The notes: generated by a model from the sequence alone, not told the origin. A stretch of DNA of 64,000 nt from Chitinophagales bacterium (GCA_019694975.1 JAIBAY010000007.1:73720-137719); one strand, 5' to 3'; counted from the first letter of the stretch, positions 45,334 through 55,530 are shown. Numbers and translations: made by a program.

Positions 45334-47682
45334 TCACTCCAGATATTCCACCACAATCGCGATATCACTGTTACGGCCCTTATCATCCGTGCAGGAAATC
45401 TTCACCCTTCCGGCCTCGGGCGTGAAAAAGATTTTATCATGCACTCCGGCTGTGGCATAAAACCTGTTATTAATATACCAATACACCGTTTTCACTTCAT
45501 TGTCGGCGTGGCAGGTAAGCTGCAGCTGTTGCTGTTCATCTTTCTCCAGCAGGTATTGCAGCCCGTCAGTGGGCGATGTGATGACCGGTGCATTCTGCGT
45601 GTAGATGCGGCTGCAGGCCGGATTATGCGGCGGCACCTTTTCATAGGGCAGTTTCTGAAACTCGTAGTAGGCAACCACTTCGGGCAGCAGGTTCGGGTAC
45701 CATTTTTTCTTATAGCCGTTCTCAGGCAGGCAGTTCCTGCAGTAGGAAATCGCTGAATCTGCGGAAACAAAAACCTCTTTCAGGTGATTGCATTTTTGCA
45801 TCGTGGATATGCCGGGCATAAAATAATCCATCACCTGTTCGTTGCAAAACTCATTGGGCGGCAAACCCGACTCAGCGCAGACATACCGGAAATCAAGTGA
45901 TGACGGCATCTTAAACCAATCATTGGCGGAGTTATACGATAAGGTGTTAAATAAATCAAAGAGCAACGGAGTCGCAATGTCGGCACCGGTCAGTTCGGGA
46001 ATACCATTGCCGGAAAAATTACCAACCCAAACTCCGATCGTGAATTCCTTATTGTAACCAATGCTCCATGCATCACGCCTGCCGTACGAGGTGCCGGTTT
46101 TCCATGCCACTTTTGGCAGGTGCATGCTGCTTTCATAATTGTTGGGCAAATCAGGACGAAGGTGTTGCGTCAGGATTTCTGTTGTCATGTATGCCGATGC
46201 ACCGGTCAGCAACCGGAAGGAATCCGCCCTTGCGTTTTGCTGTGTCCATACAAGTTTTCTCCAGATACCCTGATTGGCGAAGCAGGCATAGAGGTTTGTC
46301 AACTCTTCCAGTTTCACGCCACAGCCACCCAATATCACCGACAGGCCGAGTTTATCTTTGTCTGCTGCAACCTGCCTGAATCCGGCCAGCTTCAGCTGCG
46401 CGATGAATGACTGCACACCGAGCAACTCCAGCATTTTCACCGAAGGCACATTCAGCGAATTGGCCAGTGCCGTTTCCACTGTGATGTTGCCGCGAAACTG
46501 CTTGTCGTAATTCTGCGGCAGGTATCCATGAAAGTTCACCGGCACATCGGCGATCACTGAATGCGGCGTAATGATTCCCCTGTCAAACCCTAATGCATAG
46601 AGCAATGGTTTCAGTGTGCTGCCCGGCGACCGTATGGCACGCACGCCATCCACCTGTCCGTGATCACTGCTGTTGTTAAAATCCGCAGAGCCAACATAAG
46701 CTTCCACACTGTTGTCTTTGTTGTTTATCACCAGCACGGCACAATTGGTGATGCCCATGTAATGAATGCGCTGCACATAATTGAAGGCTATGTTCTCCGC
46801 CTTTTCCTGCTTCTTCTGATCGATGCAGGAATGTATGATCGGTTTATCGTGGTACATCTGCGCCAGGCGAAGCGACAGGTGCGGCGCCAGCGATGGCACA
46901 TTATGACGCACATCATTCATGGGTTCGAGCAAGGCATCTTCAATTTCTGCCTGCGGAAAAATCTTATCCTTCGCGAAGCGGCGCAGCCATTTATTCCTTT
47001 CCTCAATGATTAACGCATTGTCTCTGCCGATGATGAGCGATGAAGGCCGGTTGGGAATGATGGTGAGTACTACGGTTTGTGCAAGACTCATGTAATCGGG
47101 CGACTGCTGAAAGTAAATCAAGGACGCACTCTTTACGCCTTCGATGTTACTGCCATAAGGAACAAGATTGAGATAGAGTTGCAGTATTTCATCTTTGCTG
47201 AACTGCCACTCGAGTTGAAATGCCCTGCCTATCTCCACCAGTTTATTTGAATAGGTCCGCTCTTTGGGCTCCAGCATGCGTGCCACCTGCATCGTAATGG
47301 TTGATGCGCCTGATGTTTTTTTTGATTGCAGCAGGTTGTTGAACATCGCCCGCACAATAGCCACGGGATTAATACCAGGATGATAGTAGAAATATTTATC
47401 CTCTTTGTAAATGATGGCTTTCTTCAAAACGGGTGTTATTTCCTGCAGCTCGGTTTTCATCCGCCATTTCTCGTCGCTGCTCAGATATGCATGTAACACA
47501 CTGCCATCGGCGGCGGTGATGATCTGCGAATAGTGCAGTTTAATACGCAACGGGAATAACGCATTCAAGAGCAGGAATAGCAACAACAATCCGCATGCTG
47601 TATAAACCGAACGGCGCATCCAATTTTTATGGAAGTACCGGTGAAACAGCTTTTTTATCCAGTCAAATGAACGCTCCAACAT
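45334..47682 (-). CDS. pbpC: penicillin-binding protein 1C (bifunctional GT51 transglycosylase / transpeptidase)
   Basis: 782 aa with GT51 motifs EDKYFYYHPGINP and GASTITMQVAR. Transpeptidase motifs are SPGSTLKP (SxxK), SLN and KTGTS. It has a C-terminal PBP1C-type beta domain. Confidence 0.9.
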   Translation of the reverse strand: MLERSFDWIKKLFHRYFHKNWMRRSVYTACGLLLLFLLLNALFPLRIKLHYSQIITAADGSVLHAYLSSDEKWRMKTELQEITPVLKKAIIYKEDKYFYYHPGINPVAIVRAMFNNLLQSKKTSGASTITMQVARMLEPKERTYSNKLVEIGRAFQLEWQFSKDEILQLYLNLVPYGSNIEGVKSASLIYFQQSPDYMSLAQTVVLTIIPNRPSSLIIGRDNALIIEERNKWLRRFAKDKIFPQAEIEDALLEPMNDVRHNVPSLAPHLSLRLAQMYHDKPIIHSCIDQKKQEKAENIAFNYVQRIHYMGITNCAVLVINNKDNSVEAYVGSADFNNSSDHGQVDGVRAIRSPGSTLKPLLYALGFDRGIITPHSVIADVPVNFHGYLPQNYDKQFRGNITVETALANSLNVPSVKMLELLGVQSFIAQLKLAGFRQVAADKDKLGLSVILGGCGVKLEELTNLYACFANQGIWRKLVWTQQNARADSFRLLTGASAYMTTEILTQHLRPDLPNNYESSMHLPKVAWKTGTSYGRRDAWSIGYNKEFTIGVWVGNFSGNGIPELTGADIATPLLFDLFNTLSYNSANDWFKMPSSLDFRYVCAESGLPPNEFCNEQVMDYFMPGISTMQKCNHLKEVFVSADSAISYCRNCLPENGYKKKWYPNLLPEVVAYYEFQKLPYEKVPPHNPACSRIYTQNAPVITSPTDGLQYLLEKDEQQQLQLTCHADNEVKTVYWYINNRFYATAGVHDKIFFTPEAGRVKISCTDDKGRNSDIAIVVEYLE

Positions 47683-47833
47683 GCGAGGCAGAAAAACTTC
47701 AGGTGAAATTAGTAATTAACACATTGGCGATGGCGGAGGTCTTGCTGCCACAGGCAAACGAAGTGCTCAGGACAGGAGACTGGCACGTTGTATTGTAACC
47801 GTAATCAACGGCACCGCTATCAGAAAAAATACG

Positions 47834-50428
47834 TTGCGTAGTGGCTGCTGTTTTCCGGGTTTGTCTTCACCCGAAGCGATGGTGTGCTACAAAAATGCTT
47901 TGAATGAAAGTGAGGCTGCGTCCATTCAATGTATGTTACACCGTAGTAGTATCTTTGCCGCTACCCCGCGTTTTGATTGCCGGCAATTATTACGGCGTAA
48001 AATTTTGAAAAAAGGTTTCTTCATACTGCTGCTGTTGTTGCCCGTTATGGTGCGGGCACAGCCTATATCTTTGCAGGGTATCGTGATGGATTCGGCAAGC
48101 GGCGGCGGCATTTCCTACGCCACAATCATTATCAACGACAACAATACAACCGGCACAAGGGCTGATTCATCAGGGCATTTTGTAATCAGGTCTGCTAAAC
48201 CTCTCACCTCCCTCACCTTCAGCATGGTTGGTTACCGGTCGCAGCGATTAACATTTTCCGCTGCAGACGCAAGTAACTGGCTGAATGTCTATCTCGTGCA
48301 CAAAGAATCAGAACTGGATAATATTACAGTGCTGGCCGGCGAAAATCCGGCAAACAGGATCATAAAGGCCGCTGTAAAAAACCGCGAAAAAAATAACTAT
48401 GCAAACCTGCGGTCTTATGCCTACACGGCGTATGAAAAATTTGTATTGACGGGCATACCCAATGCGGAGGCGCTGCGTGATTCGTCGCACACGAAGTTAT
48501 TCAGGTATGTTGATCAGCATCACCTGCTGGTGATGGAGTCGGTGGTGAAACGCATACACCTCGAGCCCGACCTCACCAAAGAAACAGTGATGGCGCAAAA
48601 GGTTTCCGGATTGCAAAATCCAAACTTCACGGTACTCACTTCTGAGTTTCAGACCACCAACTTTTACAAACCATTCATCAATATCACCACCACTGATTTC
48701 GTGAATCCCATCAGCCCCAACAGCTGGAACAATTACTTCTTCAACATTATTGATACCGTGTACTCCGGCCAGGATACTGTTTTTGTGATGACCTATAATC
48801 CTGCCAAAGGAAAACATTTCTCCTCCCTGAAAGGCATCATTGAAATCAATTCCGATGGCTATGCCATTCAGCATGTGGTGGCTGAACCTTCGGATACTTC
48901 ACTGGCTACACTGTTCGTAAAAATTGAACAGCGGTATGCAAAGGCAGACAGCACGCATTGGTTCCTTTCGCAGATCAATACGAACATCGGCTTCAAGAAA
49001 TTTTTCATTGATGGGCTGCAAGTGAGCATGACCGGCACTACCCATGTAACGGAAGTAACGATCAATCCGCCGCTTACGCGGAAAGATTTTGACGGTGTGG
49101 GTATAGACATACTGGAAGATGCGGCGAAGAAGAGCGACGACTACTGGAATACACAGCGGGCAGTCACGCTGACAGAACGCGAGAAGACCACCTACAGCCT
49201 GCTCGACAGCGTGGGCAGTAAAAACAACTTCGACAATAAGATCAATATGCTGAGTTCGCTGCAGGATGGAAACCTTAAGTTAAATTATGTAAGCATTCAG
49301 CTCTATAATGTGATTAAATATAACCGGCAGGAAGGCATCCGCCTTGGCATGGGGCTGGAAACAAACAGCGACCTGATGCGCAAATACAAGGTCGGCGGAT
49401 TCGCGGGTTACGGGCTCCATGATCATGTTTGGAAATACGGTGGCTTTTTTGAATGGAAAGTATATTATCCGAAAAACATCAAGCTCCTTTTCAACTACTC
49501 GATGAGTTATGAAGAAAGCGGAGGCACGGAATATTACCAGGGCAGCTACTGGGGCAACAATGAAAATTCCAGAAACTACACCATCACCAATTTTGATTTT
49601 GCCGAACGTAAAGAAATTGCATTCACCTCGCGGATCAGAAAATATGTGAACCTGGAGCTTACGGCATTTGATGTACATAAAGATCCGACGAGCTCTTATG
49701 CCTTCGTCAATTCACATTCCGGTGAACCGGTGGTGCAGGATCAGTTTGATTTTGCAGGGTTTAAGGCGGCGGCCCGTTTCTCCTATAAAGAACGCATCGT
49801 GGAATCACTCGATCGGTATTACTGGATTAACATGGGTTACCCGACGGTATGGCTGCAGGTAACACAAGGCATCAATGGGTTTATCAATGGTGAATTCACT
49901 TACACGAAGTATGAAACCAAATTCAGCTATGCCTTTCCGACAAAATCAATCGGTATTACCAACATCACCCTCGAAGGCGGATGGGTGAATACCGACATGC
50001 CGGCCACAGATCTGTTCAGCGGCCGGTCAAGTTACTCGCTGCTGGGCTTGTTTTCCGCCAACAGTTTTCAGACCATGCGTTCCAATGAATTTGTGAGTAA
50101 TGGTTTCGCCTCGGTATTTTTCCGGCAGGATTTCCAAAGCAATATTATCCGCTGGGGAAAATTTCAACCCAACTTTGTTTTTGTCACCAACATTGGCTGG
50201 GGAAAATTATCACATCCGGAAGATCACCTGAATACAAGGATCAGAAGCATGGAGAAAGGTTATTTTGAATCCGGGTTGATGATTAATAACCTGGCCGGGA
50301 AGAAATTCTTCGGCATTGCGCGGCTGAGTATCGGCGGAGGTGTCTTTTACCGTTACGGGCCTTATGCTTTCAGTAACGTGTTCGATAATCTTGCCATGAA
50401 GCTGAGCTGGTCCTATAACTTTAAATAG
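47834..50428 (+). CDS. CarboxypepD_reg-domain outer-membrane protein (DUF5686-like); real start probably Met34 (~47933) or later
   Basis: Leader KKGFFILLLLLPVMVRAQ, then LQGIVMDSASGGGISYATIII...SGHFVI (carboxypeptidase-regulatory-like fold). The long C-terminal beta-rich region ends in an aromatic residue (...SWSYNFK). Confidence 0.6.
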   Translation: MRSGCCFPGLSSPEAMVCYKNALNESEAASIQCMLHRSSIFAATPRFDCRQLLRRKILKKGFFILLLLLPVMVRAQPISLQGIVMDSASGGGISYATIIINDNNTTGTRADSSGHFVIRSAKPLTSLTFSMVGYRSQRLTFSAADASNWLNVYLVHKESELDNITVLAGENPANRIIKAAVKNREKNNYANLRSYAYTAYEKFVLTGIPNAEALRDSSHTKLFRYVDQHHLLVMESVVKRIHLEPDLTKETVMAQKVSGLQNPNFTVLTSEFQTTNFYKPFINITTTDFVNPISPNSWNNYFFNIIDTVYSGQDTVFVMTYNPAKGKHFSSLKGIIEINSDGYAIQHVVAEPSDTSLATLFVKIEQRYAKADSTHWFLSQINTNIGFKKFFIDGLQVSMTGTTHVTEVTINPPLTRKDFDGVGIDILEDAAKKSDDYWNTQRAVTLTEREKTTYSLLDSVGSKNNFDNKINMLSSLQDGNLKLNYVSIQLYNVIKYNRQEGIRLGMGLETNSDLMRKYKVGGFAGYGLHDHVWKYGGFFEWKVYYPKNIKLLFNYSMSYEESGGTEYYQGSYWGNNENSRNYTITNFDFAERKEIAFTSRIRKYVNLELTAFDVHKDPTSSYAFVNSHSGEPVVQDQFDFAGFKAAARFSYKERIVESLDRYYWINMGYPTVWLQVTQGINGFINGEFTYTKYETKFSYAFPTKSIGITNITLEGGWVNTDMPATDLFSGRSSYSLLGLFSANSFQTMRSNEFVSNGFASVFFRQDFQSNIIRWGKFQPNFVFVTNIGWGKLSHPEDHLNTRIRSMEKGYFESGLMINNLAGKKFFGIARLSIGGGVFYRYGPYAFSNVFDNLAMKLSWSYNFK

Positions 50429-50578
50429 GAACACTGACAGACGCGTACTTCTTTCCCTTTGCGTTTCAATAATCTTCACCCCTGTACGTTATTCAGCCGG
50501 TATCGTCAAACGTATAGTGACAGCGTATACTGCAAGCAACCGGGCCAGTTTTCTGCTTTAACAAAAAAACAAACAATC

Positions 50579-51685
50579 ATGCAGACAGACAGAAGGAAAT
50601 AGTTGCGGCAGGTTGGCTTAGGTGTTGCAGGGCTGAGTTTAACGCAACTGAAATCATTTGGCTTACCGGCAACCCAGCTGCTGTCACCACGCCCGGCAGT
50701 CGACAACGTGATTCGTTTGAGTTCAAATGAAAATCCTTACGGGCCTTCTCCGCTGGCAAGAGAGGCAATGACTGACAGCATCCTTAACAGCAACAGGTAT
50801 AACTGGAACATTACAGGAGATCTGATTGCAGCAATAGCGATAAAAAACAATGTTACCGACGATAATATCTTAATTGCTGCCGGTTCAACCGAAATATTAG
50901 ACACCCTCGTTCACCATTTTGCCATGCAGCAAGGCAGCTTTGTTGTCGCAGCACCTTCCTATACCAATTGGTCAAAGGCCGGAGAAAAAGCGGGATTGAA
51001 AAAAATAACCGTTCCGCTTACCGCAGATAAAAAACACAATCTGCAAGCCATGCTGGCAGCGATTACCGCGCACACAAAATTTATTTATGTGTGCAATCCA
51101 AACAACCCGACCTGAACAATCTGCGATCGCGAAGCACTTGTTTCATTCATCAGCTAAGCGACAAAAAAAACAACCGTATTGATTGATGAAGCATACCTCG
51201 ACTTTACAGACCAGGCTTCCGTCAGCAACCTTGTTACTGAAAATAATAACCTGGTTGTTGTAAAAACCTTTTCAAAAATTTACGGATTAGCAGGTGCCCG
51301 CATCGGCTATGCCATTGCACACAGCAGCATGATAGAAAAAATCAGTGCACTGCAAACCTGGTCATGCGGAGATGTAAGTGTGGTATCAAGAGTTGGTGCC
51401 ATAGCATCTTTAAACGATGATGCATTCTTGCAACAGTGCTACACAAAAAATGAGGCAGCAAGAAAATATACCATTGGCCAACTGACACAACGCAACATTG
51501 CCTGCATACCATCTCACACCAACTTCATCTATTTTTCACTGACAAATTACCAGAAAGACTTTTTTGCATTGCTTAAAAGCAATAACATTCAAGGGACAAA
51601 TATCTTCGAAGAAGACGGCAGGTGGACACGAATAACAGTGGGAACTATGGACGAAATGCAAAAGTTCATATATGCAATAACATAG
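50579..51685 (+). pseudogene. Tat-signal class I/II (HisC-like) aminotransferase interrupted by three in-frame stop codons
   Basis: One frame reads ATG(50579) MQTDRRK-TAG(50600)-LRQVGLGVAGLSL...SSNENPYGPSP...CNPNNPT-TGA(51113)-TICDREALVSFIS-TAA(~51155)-ATKKTTVLIDEAYLDF...FSKIYGLAGARIGYAI... Track ORFs 50603..51115 and 51179..51685 are in the same frame (576 nt apart). Confidence 0.8.
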
Positions 51686-51820
51686 GTAATATGGAAACGC
51701 TGTGTTTTGCCCACTGATGATCCGGAAAAATTCTGAAACCTTCACACGACTGTTTGCAGTCAACCTTTGAGGGAAGAAAATGAATGCGGATTGATAAAAC
51801 GATGTACCAGTCTGTTATCA

Positions 51821-51948
51821 GAAGCTATCTCAAAATACCCGGAGTCATCCTGTCCCGATTGATCAGGATCAGGATCTGTTCAATTCATTGACAGATGCCG
51901 AAATAAATCCGGCATGACCGCTTTGATTGCCTGTTTTGAGATAGCTTC
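51821..51948. mobile_element. 128-bp MITE-like element: perfect 15-bp terminal inverted repeats enclosing variant H1 and H2 hairpins
   Basis: GAAGCTATCTCAAAA (51821-51835) and TTTTGAGATAGCTTC (51934-51948). Inside are GTCATCCTG...CAGGATC (H1 variant) and GATGCCGAAATAAATCCGGCATGAC (H2). Confidence 0.5.
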
Positions 51949-52024
51949 AAAATTAACCCGGATAAATTAATGCGACAGTCAATAGGCCGCGTAAAAACAT
52001 CAATTAGCCATTCAAACCAATAAG

Positions 52025-52066
52025 TGTCCTCGTAGGGACTCGAACCCTAGACCCGCTGATTAAGAG
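52025..52066 (-). tRNA. 3' fragment (anticodon loop to discriminator, ~42 nt) of tRNA-Lys(CTT); putative att site, not a complete tRNA
   Basis: The minus strand reads CTCTTAA-TCAGC-GGGTC-TAGGG-TTCGAGT-CCCTA-CGAGGAC-A. That is the anticodon loop with CTT, the 3' anticodon stem, the variable loop, the T arm and the 3' acceptor strand. The sequence 5' of it (CCTGTGT...) cannot pair with TCAGC. No GTCCTCG acceptor or D arm is present. Confidence 0.7.
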
Positions 52067-52176
52067 ACACAGGATTAACGTATTTATCTGGTTTGATTTG
52101 ATGCAAACCCTCTCTCATCTCATAGCTAAACGTTACATCGTTGATTCATTTTGAAACATAAAAAATCAGATTTTGT

Positions 52177-53436
52177 GTGCAAGTGGTGTGCAAATTTTTC
52201 TTAGCTTTACACTCTATGAATACCAATATTGTGCTCTCACTTGACACCCGGCGCAGCAAAAAAGACGGTTCATTTCCGTTGGTGATGCGTCTTGGCCACA
52301 ATCGCAGAACCACATCCATTCCTACCGGCATCAGCCTGAAAGAAAAAGATTGGGACGAAAAAAATCGACTCGTTCGAAAATCTTATCAAGGGGTTGATAC
52401 TGTCGCAAGGTTAAATAACCTTCTGCAAAAAAAGAAATCGGAAGCCATGGATGTGATTATGAAGCTAGATGAGGACGGCGACCTGAATGCAATTTCAGTG
52501 GCTGATCTCAAAAATCGGCTTCATCAGGCCAGCGAAAGCCAATCCTTTTTTACGTTTACTGAACAACTAATTGAGGAATTAAAAAAGGCTGGTCGATTTG
52601 GGACAGCACGCTCTTACAATTGCGTTTATAACGTTGTCCGGCAGTTTAATCAAGACCGGGACTTGCCTTTTAAGGGCATCACCTATTCTTTTCTCAGTAA
52701 CTTTGAAACAAGTCATACCAGCAAAGGAAATACTGCAAATGGACTGGGCGTATATATGCGCACCATTCGCGCCATTTATAATAAGGCTATCAAATCTGCA
52801 CTTGTTGAAAAGGATCTCTATCCTTTTCAGGTTTACAAAATCAAATCCATTCCAACGGAAAAACGCGCACTTGAATGGGAGTCGCTAAAAAAAATCATAG
52901 AACTGGAGTTGGGCCCGGAGCATCCCTGTTTTAATGCTAGGAATTATTTTGTAGCCAGTTACATGATGTATGGGATGAATTTCAGCGATCTTGCTTATCT
53001 GAAGAAAACTGACCTTCAATTGGGCCGGATTCTTTATCGCCGCAGAAAAACCGGAAAGCTTTACGATATAAAAGTCTCAGATCAATTAAAGGCTATACTT
53101 GATCACTATCTTGCCTCATCAAGGGAAACAGAATATATCTTTCCCATCCTCAAAAGAGAGAAACCTGAACAACAGGATAAGGATATTCAATGGGCGCGGA
53201 AACGCTATAATAAAAAATTAAAAAGATTAGCAACATCCTGTAGTATTGAGAAAAATCTAACGAGTTACGTTAGCCGACATTCATTCGCTACACAGGCAAT
53301 GCTCCAACAAGTGCCCATTAATGCCATTAGTTCAATGCTTGGGCATTCAAGTTTAAAAACAACCGAGATTTACTTGAAGGCATTACCCAATAATATTCTT
53401 GATGACTACAATGCTAAGATCATGGAAGGAACTTGA
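52177..53436 (+). CDS. tyrosine site-specific integrase, Bacteroidetes type (likely start Met14, 52216)
   Basis: The N-terminus MNTNIVLSLDTRRSKKDGSFPLVMRL is an arm-binding domain typical of Bacteroidetes integrases. The catalytic C-terminus is SYVSRHSFATQAM...LGHSSLKTTEIYLK (R...HxxR...Y). Confidence 0.9.
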   Translation: MQVVCKFFLALHSMNTNIVLSLDTRRSKKDGSFPLVMRLGHNRRTTSIPTGISLKEKDWDEKNRLVRKSYQGVDTVARLNNLLQKKKSEAMDVIMKLDEDGDLNAISVADLKNRLHQASESQSFFTFTEQLIEELKKAGRFGTARSYNCVYNVVRQFNQDRDLPFKGITYSFLSNFETSHTSKGNTANGLGVYMRTIRAIYNKAIKSALVEKDLYPFQVYKIKSIPTEKRALEWESLKKIIELELGPEHPCFNARNYFVASYMMYGMNFSDLAYLKKTDLQLGRILYRRRKTGKLYDIKVSDQLKAILDHYLASSRETEYIFPILKREKPEQQDKDIQWARKRYNKKLKRLATSCSIEKNLTSYVSRHSFATQAMLQQVPINAISSMLGHSSLKTTEIYLKALPNNILDDYNAKIMEGT

Positions 53437-53467
53437 TTTCTGAATAGAACTTGTCCAAGTAATACAA

Positions 53468-55525
53468 TTAATTCAAGTTTTTTCGTAATAATTGTGCGTT
53501 AATGGCGACTATGATTGTGCTCAAACTCATGAAAACTGCGCCTATTGCCGGACCTAAGACAAAACCCGATGCATAAAGCACCCCTGCTGCCAAGGGGATT
53601 GCAAAGGCATTGTATCCTGTAGCCCAAACAAGATTCTGAATCATCTTTTTGTAAGTCGCTTTGCCAAATAGAATTAAATTGAGAATATCCTGCGGATTGC
53701 TATTCACTAAAATAATGTCAGCTGTTTCTGCAGCTACGTCGGTACCAGAACCAACTGCAATTCCAACATCTGCTTGAGCAAGCGCCGGTGCATCATTCAC
53801 TCCGTCACCGGTCATAGCCACAAACTCTCCTTTATCCTGTAAATCTTTTATGATCTTTACTTTTTGGTGCGGTAATACTTCCGAGAAATATCCATCAAGT
53901 TTGAGCTGCTGACTTACTGATTTTGCAACCACCTCATTATCTCCAGTTGCCATGTACACTTTGATGTTGTTATCTTTGAATTTCTGAATTGCCTCTGCTG
54001 ATTCAGGTCTTATTTCATCAGCGAGCGCAATAAAACCTGTGAGTTGATTATCGATTAAAAGAAAGACTATAGTTTCGGCTTCAGAACTAAAAGTGTTATC
54101 GGGAACCGAAATTTTTTGGTCCTTTAAGTATCCAGGACTAACAACTTTTACCTCTTTACCTTCGACCATTGCTTCCACTCCTTTGCCGGGAATAGCCTTG
54201 AAGTATTCCGGTTTTGGAATAGAGATTTTCTTCTCCTTTATTTTTCTCATAATACCGCTTGCAACAGGATGTTCGGATGACAATTCCAAAGCGCCTGCAA
54301 TTCGTAACACTTCATCTGAAGTATAGTTTTTTGACAGCGATTCAATTCTCGTCACACCAAATTCACCCTTAGTCAGTGTTCCTGTTTTATCAAAAACGAT
54401 GGCGGAAATTTTTCTGGATTCTTCAAATGCTGTTCTGTTTCGAATAAGTAACCCATGTTGTGCTGATATCGCAGTGGAGATGGCAACAACCAAAGGCACA
54501 GCCAATCCTAAAGCGTGTGGGCATGAAATCACCATTACTGTTACCATTCTTTCCAATGCAAATACAAATGGAAAACCAAGCAGTAGCCAAACCGCAAGCG
54601 TTCCGAATCCGGCCGAGAGGGCGATGTACGTCAGCCATTTTGCAGCACGGTCAGAAAGATTTTGCATTTTCGACTTTGACTTTTGTGCTTCTTCAACCAT
54701 CGTAATCACTTTATTCAGATAGCTGTCTTTGCCTGTATGCTCCACCCTTACTTTAACTGAACCATTTCCGTTGACGGAGCCGCCAATCACTTTACTATTC
54801 ACTTCTTTCTTCACGGGTTTAGATTCACCGGTGAGCATGGATTCATTCAGGTAACTTTCGCCTTCAACCACAATGCCATCAGCGGGGACTTTTTCTCCGG
54901 GCTTTACTACGATCACATCGTCTTTTTGTAATTCTTCCAAATTCACATCCATGACGTGTTCACCGTGAACCTTGTGCGCAACTGAAGGCATCATACTGAC
55001 GAGCAGTTGTAATGCTTTTGATGCACCAAGAACTGATTTCATTTCAATCCAATGACCAATGAGCATAATATCTATCAATGTGGCAAGCTCCCAGAAGAAA
55101 TCCATTCCTTGCAAGCCAAAAACAGTCGCACTGCTATAGAAGTAGGCGACTGAAATTGCCATTGCGATCAATGTCATCATCCCAGGATTCTTTGCTTTGA
55201 TCTCGGAAATGAACCCTTTCAGAAACGGCAATCCTCCATAGAAGAAAATAATGGAGGAAAGAATAAAAAGCACATACTTATCTCCAGCAAAAGTAAAATT
55301 GAAACCCAAGAACTTTTGAATCATCTCTGAGATCAACAGTACAGGAATGGTTAAAATCAAAGAGACCCAAAATCTTTTTTTAAAGTCTTCAATCATCATT
55401 TTATGATGATTGTGGCCTTCCATTCCCATTGGAATAGCTCCGTGTCCGGAGTGATCCATCTGTGAATGATCCATTTTACTGTGATCCATTTTGGGCATGC
55501 CCGGTTGTTGATGTTCCATTTTCAA
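53468..55525 (-). CDS. copB: heavy-metal P1B-type ATPase, CopB-like (CPH motif, His/Met-rich N-terminus)
   Basis: 685 aa with MPKMDHSKMDHSQMDHSGHG...HNHH at the N-terminus. The TM6 motif is SCPHALGLA. It has the FDKTGTLT phosphorylation site and GDGVNDAPAL. Confidence 0.88.
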   Translation of the reverse strand: MKMEHQQPGMPKMDHSKMDHSQMDHSGHGAIPMGMEGHNHHKMMIEDFKKRFWVSLILTIPVLLISEMIQKFLGFNFTFAGDKYVLFILSSIIFFYGGLPFLKGFISEIKAKNPGMMTLIAMAISVAYFYSSATVFGLQGMDFFWELATLIDIMLIGHWIEMKSVLGASKALQLLVSMMPSVAHKVHGEHVMDVNLEELQKDDVIVVKPGEKVPADGIVVEGESYLNESMLTGESKPVKKEVNSKVIGGSVNGNGSVKVRVEHTGKDSYLNKVITMVEEAQKSKSKMQNLSDRAAKWLTYIALSAGFGTLAVWLLLGFPFVFALERMVTVMVISCPHALGLAVPLVVAISTAISAQHGLLIRNRTAFEESRKISAIVFDKTGTLTKGEFGVTRIESLSKNYTSDEVLRIAGALELSSEHPVASGIMRKIKEKKISIPKPEYFKAIPGKGVEAMVEGKEVKVVSPGYLKDQKISVPDNTFSSEAETIVFLLIDNQLTGFIALADEIRPESAEAIQKFKDNNIKVYMATGDNEVVAKSVSQQLKLDGYFSEVLPHQKVKIIKDLQDKGEFVAMTGDGVNDAPALAQADVGIAVGSGTDVAAETADIILVNSNPQDILNLILFGKATYKKMIQNLVWATGYNAFAIPLAAGVLYASGFVLGPAIGAVFMSLSTIIVAINAQLLRKNLN

Positions 55526-55530
55526 TTTTA

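Noticed and set aside
45334-47682. pbpC without the adjacent alpha-2-macroglobulin gene that often accompanies it.
   Set aside because: Absence from the immediate neighbourhood is not informative. The partner could be elsewhere in the genome, and one flank is occupied by the repeat array.
47834-47932. An N-terminal extension of the DUF5686-like ORF (MRSGCCFPGLSSPEAMVCYKN...).
   Set aside because: The signal peptide (FFILLLLLPVMVRAQ) follows a later Met. The upstream part overlaps the divergent pbpC promoter region.
52025-52110. A complete tRNA-Lys gene.
   Set aside because: Only the region from the anticodon loop to the discriminator base is present. The upstream 35 nt lack the GTCCTCG acceptor strand, the D arm and the 5' anticodon stem.
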